Assembly: GCF_965641715.1 (NCBI RefSeq)
Contig: NZ_OZ282453.1
Length of the DNA: 64,000 bases
Direction: 5' to 3' (one strand)
From: Escherichia coli
Lineage (GTDB): Bacteria > Pseudomonadota > Gammaproteobacteria > Enterobacterales > Enterobacteriaceae
Part shown: piece by piece, positions 50,081-59,324 of the stretch
How positions within the stretch are numbered: the stretch's first letter is position 1
Layout: every line of letters starts with the position of its first letter
Made by a program: the position numbers and the translations under genes
Notes under the pieces: model-generated
What the model saw: only the letters and a program-made list of their open reading frames with translations
Database searches by the model: none
Told to the model about the DNA's origin: nothing

Positions 50081-50871
50081 TGGCGAAAAATGACTTTAAA
50101 GCGTTTGCAACTGATCGGAATGCCAATGTTATGTCGCAGGAGGAATGGGAAGCGTTGCCTGCGCTTTTATCCGGATTTACAGCAGGGAAAGCATCCAGTG
50201 CGCAAGTCAATAAGGTTATTCGGCAGGCCAGCTTTATTGCTGCAGCTCTGGCCCAGTTTGTAAGTGACAAAACGCAACGGGATGTGCTTGATAATGGTGA
50301 TCTGCCCGGTTTTGTTGAATTGCTGGGATCGGGGTTTGCTGTTGAATACCTGAGCCGCAAGAATCCGTTTGGCGATATCAAATCGGATGGCACGGTGAAA
50401 ACGGCTCTCGAAAACCTTGGTTTGGGAGAAGCGGCAAAACGGAATGTGGGCAACGGGGAAAACCAAATCCCTGATATGTCTTTCTGGACGGTTACTGGTG
50501 GCAATGGAAATTTTGTGATTCGTCAACCTGACGGGCTAATCATTCAGATGGTTACTGTAAGTATAAGCGGTCCAGTGGCGATGAATGGAATGACTGATAA
50601 TGCTTATGCCATTACAGGTTCTAATAAGTCTTATATTGCCACAGCCACATTGCCCTTTGTATTTCCTAATAAGGTGCTGGGCGTTATCCCTCTGGTATCA
50701 ACAACAGCTTATGGTGGTGTATCCAGTAATATTACAGGTTCATACGCGACGGCGGTTTGTTCTTTTGCCGCTGTCAGGGGGAATAATACGATTGTGTTCA
50801 AAGTCGACAAACCACTGAATGCAGCCTTTCCTTCAGATACCAGCGTCTCAGCGTTAATCATTGGACGGTAA
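50080..50871 (+). CDS. Tail fibre protein (constant N-terminal part plus variable C-terminal segment Sv)
   Basis: Start at MAKNDFKAF overlapping the I stop; the invertase crossover repeat lies inside the gene at 50418-50432. Confidence 0.65.
   Translation: MAKNDFKAFATDRNANVMSQEEWEALPALLSGFTAGKASSAQVNKVIRQASFIAAALAQFVSDKTQRDVLDNGDLPGFVELLGSGFAVEYLSRKNPFGDIKSDGTVKTALENLGLGEAAKRNVGNGENQIPDMSFWTVTGGNGNFVIRQPDGLIIQMVTVSISGPVAMNGMTDNAYAITGSNKSYIATATLPFVFPNKVLGVIPLVSTTAYGGVSSNITGSYATAVCSFAAVRGNNTIVFKVDKPLNAAFPSDTSVSALIIGR
50418..50432. repeat. Left crossover site of the invertible tail-fibre segment
   Basis: ttggtttgggagaag is the exact reverse complement of 52337-52351. Confidence 0.7.
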
Positions 50872-50873
50872 GA

Positions 50874-51317
50874 ATGAACTCAGTATTCTTTTCACCCGGA
50901 AGTAAAAGTTTTTATCTGCAAGAATTGTTTCCAGAATATGAGAATGCGGGAACGCTTCCTGATGATGTTATTGAAATTACCAGAGAAACATATGAGCAAT
51001 TTCTTGGGCTGCATCCAGAAGGGAAAGAAATTGGCGCTGACAGTTCAGGACGGCCAGTATGGATTAATTCCCCACCCCCTTCAAAAGAGGATGAGGTGTT
51101 GACGGCTGAAATGAAAAAAATATCTTTGGTTTCAGAAGTCAATACCTACATCAATACCCATCAGTGGCCTGGCAAAGCGGCGATTGGTCGTCTGAAAGGT
51201 GACGAGCTGGAACAATATAATTTGTGGCTGGATTATCTGGACGCACTGGAGCTGGTCGATACTTCCGGTGCGCCAGATATTGAATGGCCTACGCCTCCGG
51301 CAGTTCAGGCCAGATGA
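50874..51317 (+). CDS. Tail fibre assembly chaperone (Tfa)
   Basis: 147 aa; conserved Tfa C-terminus (...YLDALELVDTSGAPDIEWPTPP). Confidence 0.75.
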   Translation: MNSVFFSPGSKSFYLQELFPEYENAGTLPDDVIEITRETYEQFLGLHPEGKEIGADSSGRPVWINSPPPSKEDEVLTAEMKKISLVSEVNTYINTHQWPGKAAIGRLKGDELEQYNLWLDYLDALELVDTSGAPDIEWPTPPAVQAR

Positions 51318-51891
51318 CATCCGGCGCGGTGCTGGTATCTGTTGCAGTCACCGCGTCAATGTAATCCAGCACAGCGTTAAGCCGGGTTGTTTCTGCCTGC
51401 GTCAGTTTCCGTCCGGCCTGTAATTTCAGTTGAATCAGACTAATGGAAGCCATTGCTGCATCAATCAGTGACTGGCGCTGTGCTTCTGCCGCTTCTACTG
51501 CGGCACCGTGTTGTGCCTCAGTATCTGTCATCCATTTTTCACCATCCCATTTATCGTATGGCGTTAACGGGGCGATAGTGGTTGTATTTTCGGGATAGTC
51601 GCCTGGTGCTGTGATTTCTTTGGCATCTCCCGTTTCGGTGTTATAGACGATTTCACCTCGATGGTCTGACACATATTCCCATGATTTTAAATCCACAGAA
51701 CGGCAAATTGTATAACCAGCCTTATATGTACCAGGAGCGTCTAAACAGGAATATGCAGGGATACCGACACCAATGGCAAGATATTCATTTGAAGTGGAAA
51801 TATATTCCCGTGTTTCGCCATCATAGTTATAGACGGTAATATTTCCCGCCTTTGTAGCAATAAACTCGCTATTTAATACAGCGTTATCCAT
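51289..51891 (-). CDS. Alternative tail fibre assembly chaperone (Tfa') in inverted orientation
   Basis: 200 aa; C-terminus ...YIDAVTATDTSTAPDVIWPELPEA parallels the plus-strand Tfa. Confidence 0.7.
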   Translation of the reverse strand: MDNAVLNSEFIATKAGNITVYNYDGETREYISTSNEYLAIGVGIPAYSCLDAPGTYKAGYTICRSVDLKSWEYVSDHRGEIVYNTETGDAKEITAPGDYPENTTTIAPLTPYDKWDGEKWMTDTEAQHGAAVEAAEAQRQSLIDAAMASISLIQLKLQAGRKLTQAETTRLNAVLDYIDAVTATDTSTAPDVIWPELPEA

Positions 51892-52351
51892 TATGCAGCC
51901 CTCACGATATAGTTAAATGCGATATTCCGTGGGCGAGTATCGGCAGGAACGACATACATTTCACCAATTGCCCGCTCATTAGAGTTGTTCAGCAATAGGC
52001 TTGAGCCATTACTGTCATGACCCGTAATTAAGATATCATTGGACAAAATAAGTGAGCCCGTACCTGCAGGAATACCATAAATTCCCATATCAAATTTAAT
52101 ATAACCAACACGCGCGCTCTGTGCAGACATAACGCTGCGACCAGTATCTACTGAACGACCGTCATCCCAGCCACGAATAAACTCACCGCGTAAATCAGGC
52201 AATTTATTTGTCGGATAAGCCTTTGCCAGTTCCGGGTATTCTTCAGCAGAAAAAGCCGCACCATTGCATTTCAGCCAGCCTGTTGGCGGAGTGGCTGAAG
52301 GCCACGGAACAGGGACACCAACAGGTAATGCCGAACCTTCTCCCAAACCAA
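51891..52351 (-). CDS. Alternative tail-fibre C-terminal segment (Sv') in inverted orientation
   Basis: Minus-strand frame beginning at the right crossover site (encodes NVGLGEG); expressed only after inversion. Confidence 0.6.
52337..52351. repeat. Right crossover site of the invertible tail-fibre segment
   Basis: cttctcccaaaccaa within ttctcccaaaccaacgtttatgaaaa, a cix/gix-like site. Confidence 0.7.
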
Positions 52352-52417
52352 CGTTTATGAAAATGCAGAAATAACAAGCAAATGGCATCATTCCTGCTTT
52401 TGTCAGGGGGGGGGACC

Positions 52418-52546
52418 ATGCTTATTGGCTACGTACGCGTATCAACAAATGACCAGAATACCGATCTACAACGTAATGCGTTGAACTGTGCAGGATGCGA
52501 GCTGATTTTTGAAGACAAGATAGGCGGCACAAAGTCCGAGACCTAG
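52418..52546 (+). pseudogene. Serine DNA invertase (Hin/Gin/Pin family), truncated after 42 codons
   Basis: MLIGYVRVSTNDQNTDLQRNALNCAGCELIFEDK matches invertase N-termini, then diverges to a stop; downstream DNA is unrelated AT-rich cargo; G9 tract directly upstream. Confidence 0.75.
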
Positions 52547-52720
52547 GGCGGACACTGCTGTTCTTGATGCAAATTAAAGGATTAAATAGTGAGTGGCGGC
52601 CTTACTAATGTAAGGCCGCTATAATCATTTTATTAATTGCATTAATCGTGTTTTGGCCATACTTTCAATGTAATGTCCCCCAACTTTTTACCCCGTTCCA
52701 CAATATATTGCTTATGAATG

Positions 52721-54064
52721 TCAACTAAAAAACACTTTTAGCATTTCCGTTTTATCAGAGATACTCATTCCTTTATAATAAGATATGATTTCGGTATAGA
52801 AATCTCGCGCATACATAGATAGTTTACTTTGCTTCCATGTATTTTTATTTATAGGAGATAAAAATATTTTCAACCGCTCCATTGCTGGCGGGTGAACGCC
52901 ATCCTTCAATGTTGCAATTCTAACATAAGAGCCAAAGTCATCTCGAATTAAGTCGGACATTTGCTCACAGAAATGCATATGTTCAAACAATACCTCAACA
53001 CCTTCAACTATCTCATTATAATTTACATACGAGTCTTCATTATATAAAGCTGGTTCCACGCCTTCAATATTATTCACGGCCAAAAGATAGTTTGCAAGTG
53101 CATCTGCTTCGACTTCGAATCCAATTTTCTTTTTCTTCTTTGACTCAATATCACTAATTATGACTGATTTTTGCGGATGCTCGAGTATGTGGTGGGCAAT
53201 TTCGTGCATGAGTATAAAATCGATTTGGCATTCTGTTATGAATTTAACACGTTTAACTGAATCGTTGAATAAAATAGTGGGAGGTATATAAGCAATGCAC
53301 TCAACATTCGTACAGAGATAAATAACTAATGGGATAAAATGATTTATTGCTCGATAAGCCCGCGGGCGATGACTCATATGTGTAGTTGAGTAAAAATGCT
53401 CTAGTTGTCTATTAAACTCAAATAAAACATCACGTAACGCATAATTAGCCGTGATAAATCTAATTCCATCTTTGTTTGCACTGGTTGCGTTCATTCCTCG
53501 TTTTTTAATAGGAAAAAAAGCTATATTGTGTAATGATGATTCTTTAATAATCTTATTTGGTATATGTGATAATAAACGCAATTGACTAAATCTCATCCAA
53601 TAGGGGAGGAGTTTTTTGGTTTTATCAAAATTCTCTGCCATCTTACCAGATGCTGCCGCTAACGTTTTTGCAAGCGATATTTCATGCTCCTGCATCGCCT
53701 TGAGCATGTTGTTAGAATTAGGTTCGTTCCAACTCATTACAAATGTATTCCTAATTCCTGAAAATATAGTTTCCCATATTTTTTGGTCATGATAATTACA
53801 TGCACTTGTTATCAATTCCTTCTGAGTATCAGATAGCTCAGGAAAAGAACTGTAGTCAACGACCATGAAAGACTCTAGGTCTATAACCATATTAAATCTA
53901 TTTCCACCGAGCTCCTTCCTGCAAGACTCAGGAACCCCGAGGTACGTTTCGGCCATGATAATGTCTATTTGGTGCTGCTTTAGCAAGATATCACATAGTT
54001 TGTTATCCTTGGCAATTCGATCATAATAATATTTGTTGTACCCAGATAAATTTTGCATAAACAT
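52721..54064 (-). CDS. Hypothetical 447-aa protein with C-terminal ImmA/IrrE-like HExxH metallopeptidase motif (cargo gene)
   Basis: Visibly AT-rich; motifs ILMHEIAHHILEH and, ~25 aa later, FEVEADALANYLL; N-terminal ~280 aa unrecognised. Confidence 0.65.
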   Translation of the reverse strand: MFMQNLSGYNKYYYDRIAKDNKLCDILLKQHQIDIIMAETYLGVPESCRKELGGNRFNMVIDLESFMVVDYSSFPELSDTQKELITSACNYHDQKIWETIFSGIRNTFVMSWNEPNSNNMLKAMQEHEISLAKTLAAASGKMAENFDKTKKLLPYWMRFSQLRLLSHIPNKIIKESSLHNIAFFPIKKRGMNATSANKDGIRFITANYALRDVLFEFNRQLEHFYSTTHMSHRPRAYRAINHFIPLVIYLCTNVECIAYIPPTILFNDSVKRVKFITECQIDFILMHEIAHHILEHPQKSVIISDIESKKKKKIGFEVEADALANYLLAVNNIEGVEPALYNEDSYVNYNEIVEGVEVLFEHMHFCEQMSDLIRDDFGSYVRIATLKDGVHPPAMERLKIFLSPINKNTWKQSKLSMYARDFYTEIISYYKGMSISDKTEMLKVFFS

Positions 54065-54544
54065 CTTCTCTTATTAGATTAATAATATTATATTTCACCA
54101 TTGCTGAGTCTGTCCAACAGTGCTTGTTCTGAATTGCCACGGATAATCTAGACACTTCTCAACTATTGATACTGGTTTTCGTATTCAGTTGGTTGCATCT
54201 GATCGCTCGAACCATGCCTTCGTTTACTGTTATACAACATTTCGATGTAATCAATAATATCGCTATGTGCTTCTTACCACGTTCTGTAGATCTTTTTCTT
54301 TATCCGCTCACGTTTCAGCAACTAGAAAAAGTTTTCTGCAACCACATTATTGTGACAGTTACCGCGACCATTCATACTATCCTCCAGACCGTGTGATTTC
54401 AGGAACTACTAACGCTCATGGCTTGTGACCTGCTCCCTGATAATTCACACAGAAGGCTATTAGCAATGTCCGTTGATCGCTCACAGCCGACATTCAGCCC
54501 ACTAAATCCGACCGCGTCGATCAATATGCGGACAGGCTGTAGTA

Positions 54545-55147
54545 CTAACTGCATTGTAGCTGTGAGATTTCACTATCGATGGCTTTTATAACCTGTTTAT
54601 AGCGGAGCATGACCTCTTCATGAATCATCATTAATCCGCGGCCGTACTCTGTGGCTATGATTGTATATCTTTTCAGGTGTGCAAGATGTTCTTTGTTGCC
54701 AGTAATGTCACTTGCAACCTGCGTGGAGTCCAGCCGTTCGATAAGCGCATTATTGCCGCGATAGGAATCAATTAGGCTTCTTGCGCTTGTATAAAAAGCC
54801 ACAATTTTTGAGAGTGTTTCTCTATGAACTTCAGGTAGGGATGCCGAGTTGGTTTCATAGAACGTGAAGTAGTTTTGAGTAATGGGGAAAATGTTATCGA
54901 ACGGTGAGTTCCGATCGTATTTTTCGATTTCTTCTGCCATTCTGGCCTGATACAGTTTAATCAGTGAATCTATTTCCTCTCTGACACCCAATAGCGTTGT
55001 TATACGCTTCTCTCTGGCCGCTGTTGCCTGCTGTTTTGCCTGCTGTTTCACCTGAGTTGTCACTCCTATCATCGTGAAACAGCCACCTAAAAGAGCTGCT
55101 AAAAATGCGGAGATGAGATCTGAATATTCGTGCCAGAAGGTTAGCAT
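54545..55147 (-). CDS. Hypothetical 200-aa membrane-anchored protein (cargo gene)
   Basis: N-terminal hydrophobic helix LISAFLAALLGGCFTMIGV, then a helical/coiled-coil-like soluble domain; immediately downstream of intS. Confidence 0.65.
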   Translation of the reverse strand: MLTFWHEYSDLISAFLAALLGGCFTMIGVTTQVKQQAKQQATAAREKRITTLLGVREEIDSLIKLYQARMAEEIEKYDRNSPFDNIFPITQNYFTFYETNSASLPEVHRETLSKIVAFYTSARSLIDSYRGNNALIERLDSTQVASDITGNKEHLAHLKRYTIIATEYGRGLMMIHEEVMLRYKQVIKAIDSEISQLQCS

Positions 55148-55481
55148 GGCGAAAATTCCATTGGGTTAAATTATGTCTATTTAACCACATAATGATACGA
55201 AGATACCTTCCAAAATGTTGCTATGACCCCATCTGTTGTTGCCTAGCTGGTGACGTGTCTGGGTATTAGCACCGTGCTCTCTCATTATCTAAGTCTGGGC
55301 CAATCCTCGTTCATAACAGGCATTCACTTCAGTCATGGCAGAAAGGTATGCATGCTGGAGAAGTCATGAAAGAAAAGAAGACTTCTGCCTCGTTTGTCAT
55401 CACTGTTATCTTCTCATTGATTATGCAGGTCATAGTGGGGACACACAAAGCTTTGTACTATCCGAAAGTGGTTAAGGTGGA

Positions 55482-56639
55482 TCACTCCACCTTTTCATCA
55501 AGCCGGTCCGCCCACCATTGCATCATTTCTCTGCGCTTATCGAGATACTGAGCATGGTTGTAAATCCCACGTACAGATCCGCCGTTGGCATGTGCCAGTT
55601 GCACTTCAATGGCGTCGGCAGGCCATTCGTGCTCGTTCATAATCGTGCTGAATTCATGCCTGAATCCGTGACCGCTTTCCAGACCTTCATAGCCGATTTG
55701 TTTGATCACAAGTAGCACCGCGTTCTCGCAGATTGGCTTCTTCTTATCGTTGCGCCCGGAAAAAACAAACTCTGATACTGGTTTAGTGATTGAGCTTAGT
55801 GTAGTGAGAAGTTCAACCACCTGGTCTGACATCGGGACAACATGAATTTTGCGTCCCTTCATCACACTGGCGTCGATGGTGATAATCCTGTTTTCAAAAT
55901 CGACGTTCTTCCATAGCATGGAACGAAGCTCTTTTGTTCTTAGGGCTGTGTAGCGTAAAACTTTGGTCGCAATGAGCGATACGATACTTCCTGAAAATGT
56001 TGCAAGTGCTTTGTTGAATGCCGGGATCTGGTCGGCAGGTAAAAATGGGAAGTTCTTCTTGCGGTATCCCTTCATGGCGTCAGCAAGGTCAGGTGCCGGG
56101 TTATATTTAGCCCTACCAGTGACAATAGCGTAACGGAAAACCTCGCCGCATCTTCTGCGGGCTTTATTTGCTCGCTCCATTGCACCGCGATCTTCAAATC
56201 TGCGGATTACTTCCAGTAGTTGCATCGGCTCAATATCCTGAATTTCAAGACCGCCGATGATGGGTAAAATGTCGTCATCAAACATTTTTGCAAGTTCATT
56301 TGCATAGCCTACTGACCAGACTTGCTTCTTGTGCTCGTACCATTCCTTGTAAATGGCGCTAAAGGAATTGTTGTTAGACGAAGCCTTTTTCGCCTTTACC
56401 GGATCGATGCCAACCGAGATGTATTTCCTCGCAGTCCATGCTTTATCCCTTGCCTCTTGCAAAGTCATAAGCGGATATTTTCCGACGGTCAGGATTTTCT
56501 CCTTACCGTCAATCTTGTAGCGAAGCTGCCATACCTTTTTCCCTGACACAGGGACATAAAGGTACAGGCCATTACCATCGAGAAGGCGGTATGGTTTTTC
56601 TTTCGGCTTTGCTGCTTCAATCTGCTTAACGGTGAGCAT
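55482..56639 (-). CDS. intS: Prophage integrase (tyrosine recombinase, IntS-like)
   Basis: Translation from MLTVKQIEAAKPKEKPYRLLDGNGLYLYV... matches K-12 IntS as recalled; adjacent to argW. Confidence 0.9.
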   Translation of the reverse strand: MLTVKQIEAAKPKEKPYRLLDGNGLYLYVPVSGKKVWQLRYKIDGKEKILTVGKYPLMTLQEARDKAWTARKYISVGIDPVKAKKASSNNNSFSAIYKEWYEHKKQVWSVGYANELAKMFDDDILPIIGGLEIQDIEPMQLLEVIRRFEDRGAMERANKARRRCGEVFRYAIVTGRAKYNPAPDLADAMKGYRKKNFPFLPADQIPAFNKALATFSGSIVSLIATKVLRYTALRTKELRSMLWKNVDFENRIITIDASVMKGRKIHVVPMSDQVVELLTTLSSITKPVSEFVFSGRNDKKKPICENAVLLVIKQIGYEGLESGHGFRHEFSTIMNEHEWPADAIEVQLAHANGGSVRGIYNHAQYLDKRREMMQWWADRLDEKVE

Positions 56640-56800
56640 GGGTAAAAATCCGGTGGGTAAAATTATTTTATCCACTTTTTACCCGTCATGGAGTGCGGCT
56701 GTCAACGATCTGAAGCGAACCATGACGAACTGTGAATCTACGGAATGCTTGATATTCAGGGGATTTTGCGAACTGGTACGGATGGGAGCGAACTGATAAA

Positions 56801-56875
56801 TGGTGTCCCCTGCAGGAATCGAACCTGCAATTAGCCCTTAGGAGGGGCTCGTTATATCCATTTAACTAAGAGGAC
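56801..56875 (-). tRNA. argW: tRNA-Arg (anticodon CCU)
   Basis: Reverse complement reads gtcctcttagttaaatggatataacgagcccctCCTaagggctaattgcaggttcgattcctgcaggggacacca; cloverleaf with T-loop GGTTCGATTCC. Confidence 0.9.
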
Positions 56876-56950
56876 AATGCGGCATGAGTATACCCGCTAA
56901 TGGACTGCGGGGTAAGTACGCTGCCGCTCGATTGCTTAAACCCTCGCCAT

Positions 56951-57883
56951 TTATGCCGGGTTTTTATCATTTTTCTTAATGTTTTCCGCACGTTCTGCTT
57001 TTTGGCGTGCTTCTGCTTTGCGCTTGTTGCTCATGTCGTTACGGATCTGTGCATGACTCATTAACGCGAAGATAAAGGTGCCGCCGCAGATGTTCCCCGC
57101 TAAAGTAGGTAGTGCGAAAGGCCAGATGAAATCGCTCCAGTGCAGCGTACCGTTAAACACCAGATAGAGGATTTCAACAGAACCGACAACGATGTGAGTG
57201 GTGTCACCCAGGGCAATAAGCCAGGTCATCAATATAATCACCACAATCTTTGCCGCACCCGCTGCAGGAAACATCCATACCATAGTGGCGATCAGCCAGC
57301 CGGAAATGATCGCGTTGGCAAACATCTCGCTGGGGGTGTTCTTCATCACATCCATGCCGATTTTGACAAATGCATCGCGAGTTTCTTCATTGAAGATAGG
57401 CATATATTCAAATGCCCACGCCGCAATACCTGTCCCGAGAATATTACCCAGCAGCACGACTCCCCATAACCGCATAAGTAAGCCAACGTTGCTCATTGTC
57501 GGTTTTTGCATGACGGGTAGTACCGCAGTCACGGTGTTTTCGGTAAATAATTGCTGGCGGGCCATTATGACGATAATAAAACCAAAGGTATAACCGAGAT
57601 TCTCCAGCAAGAAGCTGCCCGGCACGCCTTCCAGTTCGACATGAAATATCCCTTTTGCCAGTAACGAAGCGCCCATCGACAGACCCGCCGCAATGGCTGA
57701 CCACAGTAGTGCCATTGCGTCGCGTTCCAGTTCTTTTTCACCATCCTGGCGGATATGCTCATGAATTGCCATCGCCCGGGAGGGGAGTCGGTCTTCATCT
57801 ATTTCTATTTTCTTGCCGCGCTCTTTTTCTTCGCTCTCAACTTCAATTTCGTCGCTGTGTTGATCAATTTTGTCGTTGTCCAT
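56951..57883 (-). CDS. yfdC: Formate/nitrite-transporter-family inner membrane protein
   Basis: 310 aa with multiple TM segments; position between argW and mlaA as in K-12. Confidence 0.8.
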   Translation of the reverse strand: MDNDKIDQHSDEIEVESEEKERGKKIEIDEDRLPSRAMAIHEHIRQDGEKELERDAMALLWSAIAAGLSMGASLLAKGIFHVELEGVPGSFLLENLGYTFGFIIVIMARQQLFTENTVTAVLPVMQKPTMSNVGLLMRLWGVVLLGNILGTGIAAWAFEYMPIFNEETRDAFVKIGMDVMKNTPSEMFANAIISGWLIATMVWMFPAAGAAKIVVIILMTWLIALGDTTHIVVGSVEILYLVFNGTLHWSDFIWPFALPTLAGNICGGTFIFALMSHAQIRNDMSNKRKAEARQKAERAENIKKNDKNPA

Positions 57884-58176
57884 GGTCTCTTCTCTTGAAT
57901 TAGCACGTATAGCTAAAGCGTAGCGGCTTTTTTGCTCGCAACTGGCGGGAGTTACTCTGAAAATGTAGAAAAGGCTGCGTTTGCCTTTTTCTGTTTCTAT
58001 AGAATCAAGTAGCCTACAGGGCGGCGATTACCAGGCTATGATCAAATCAGCAAATCAGGGCGTCTGGACATCAGTTGACGTGCTGTTACAATCGCCCACA
58101 CCTAAACAGGCGGATACGGTATCGTTCCGTCATGGATGGCAAACTGCATAAGCCATAAAAAAACAGGGAGACATTT

Positions 58177-58932
58177 ATGAAGCTTCGCCTGTCGGCGCTT
58201 GCTCTGGGAACTACGCTTCTGGTGGGGTGTGCGAGTTCCGGTACAGATCAGCAAGGGCGTTCTGACCCGTTAGAAGGGTTCAACCGCACCATGTACAACT
58301 TCAACTTCAACGTACTAGACCCGTATATTGTTCGACCGGTCGCTGTCGCCTGGCGTGATTATGTTCCGCAACCGGCGCGTAACGGTTTGAGCAACTTTAC
58401 CGGCAACCTTGAAGAACCCGCGGTGATGGTGAACTACTTCTTGCAGGGCGACCCTTATCAGGGGATGGTCCACTTTACCCGCTTTTTCCTGAACACCATT
58501 TTGGGGATGGGTGGTTTTATTGATGTTGCAGGGATGGCGAACCCGAAACTGCAACGGACTGAACCTCACCGCTTCGGTAGTACGCTTGGTCATTATGGCG
58601 TGGGTTATGGGCCTTACGTCCAGTTACCGTTCTACGGTAGCTTCACGCTGCGTGATGACGGTGGTGATATGGCGGATGGTCTTTACCCGGTTCTATCCTG
58701 GCTGACCTGGCCGATGTCTGTGGGTAAATGGACGCTTGAAGGGATAGAAACTCGTGCGCAGTTGTTGGATTCCGACGGTCTGCTGCGTCAGTCGTCCGAT
58801 CCTTATATTATGGTGCGCGAAGCGTACTTCCAGCGTCATGATTTCATCGCTAATGGCGGCGAACTCAAACCGCAGGAAAATCCGAACGCGCAAGCGATTC
58901 AGGATGATTTAAAAGATATCGATTCTGAATAA
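58177..58932 (+). CDS. mlaA: Outer-membrane lipoprotein MlaA (VacJ)
   Basis: 251 aa; lipobox LLVGCAS; MYNFNFNVLDPYIVRPVAVAWRDYVP... matches MlaA as recalled. Confidence 0.9.
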   Translation: MKLRLSALALGTTLLVGCASSGTDQQGRSDPLEGFNRTMYNFNFNVLDPYIVRPVAVAWRDYVPQPARNGLSNFTGNLEEPAVMVNYFLQGDPYQGMVHFTRFFLNTILGMGGFIDVAGMANPKLQRTEPHRFGSTLGHYGVGYGPYVQLPFYGSFTLRDDGGDMADGLYPVLSWLTWPMSVGKWTLEGIETRAQLLDSDGLLRQSSDPYIMVREAYFQRHDFIANGGELKPQENPNAQAIQDDLKDIDSE

Positions 58933-58942
58933 GAAACAAATA

Positions 58943-58974
58943 AAAAAGGTGAGTCGCAATACTCACCTTTTTTG
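58943..58974 (+). terminator. Rho-independent terminator after mlaA (bidirectional-looking)
   Basis: aaaaaaggtgagt-cgcaat-actcacctttttt. Confidence 0.7.
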
Positions 58975-59324
58975 TTGTTATCCCTCAATTACCACAAGTA
59001 AAAGGAGATAAACCGACAATGACCCGGACGTAATTATGTAAAAATACTGATGTTCGTCACTGACTATTTCCGATATTCAGCTGTTGAAAAATCAAAAAAC
59101 TGGAAAAATAATTTAAATATCATCAAAATTAACACCTAGCGCATATAGTTGATTAATTTCATTTTGATATTTCGTCTGGCGATCTTGAAGCCTTTTTCAA
59201 TGTTACCTTCGAGTTCCTTAAAGTGCTTATATATTTTTTGAGAATGGTCAACGTTAACTTCGTTATCGAATAAAGTAGAAACTATTTCTTTTGTATTCTC
59301 AAGTGTATATTTTCTATCATCCTC

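Larger units (their letters stand above)
12712..56799. mobile_element. ~44 kb mosaic prophage at argW (IntS/TorI integration module, lambda/P22-like early region, contractile-tail morphogenesis); probably defective
   Basis: Bounded by the 16-bp att repeat and the tRNA; contains integrase, excisionase, exo/bet/gam, repressor/cro, O/P, nin, Q, S/R/Rz, terminase, portal, capsid, sheath, baseplate and fibre genes; IS186 in tape measure. Confidence 0.85.

Noticed and set aside
52560..52720. Inverted repeat gcggccttac-taat-gtaaggccgc as a possible terminator or recombination site
   Set aside because: Perfect 10-bp stem but no clear U-run on either strand and no partner repeat; could be a terminator for the 447-aa gene, but evidence is too thin to call.
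54166..54396. 76-aa plus-strand ORF in the gap between the cargo genes
   Set aside because: No convincing ribosome-binding site and hydrophobic low-complexity translation; more likely non-coding, kept only as part of the gap observation.
52547..55481. Search for gtrA/gtrB/gtrS seroconversion genes expected next to intS
   Set aside because: The two ORFs present show no multi-pass flippase or glycosyltransferase-like features (one TM helix only; HExxH motif instead), so the K-12-like O-antigen modification cassette appears absent.
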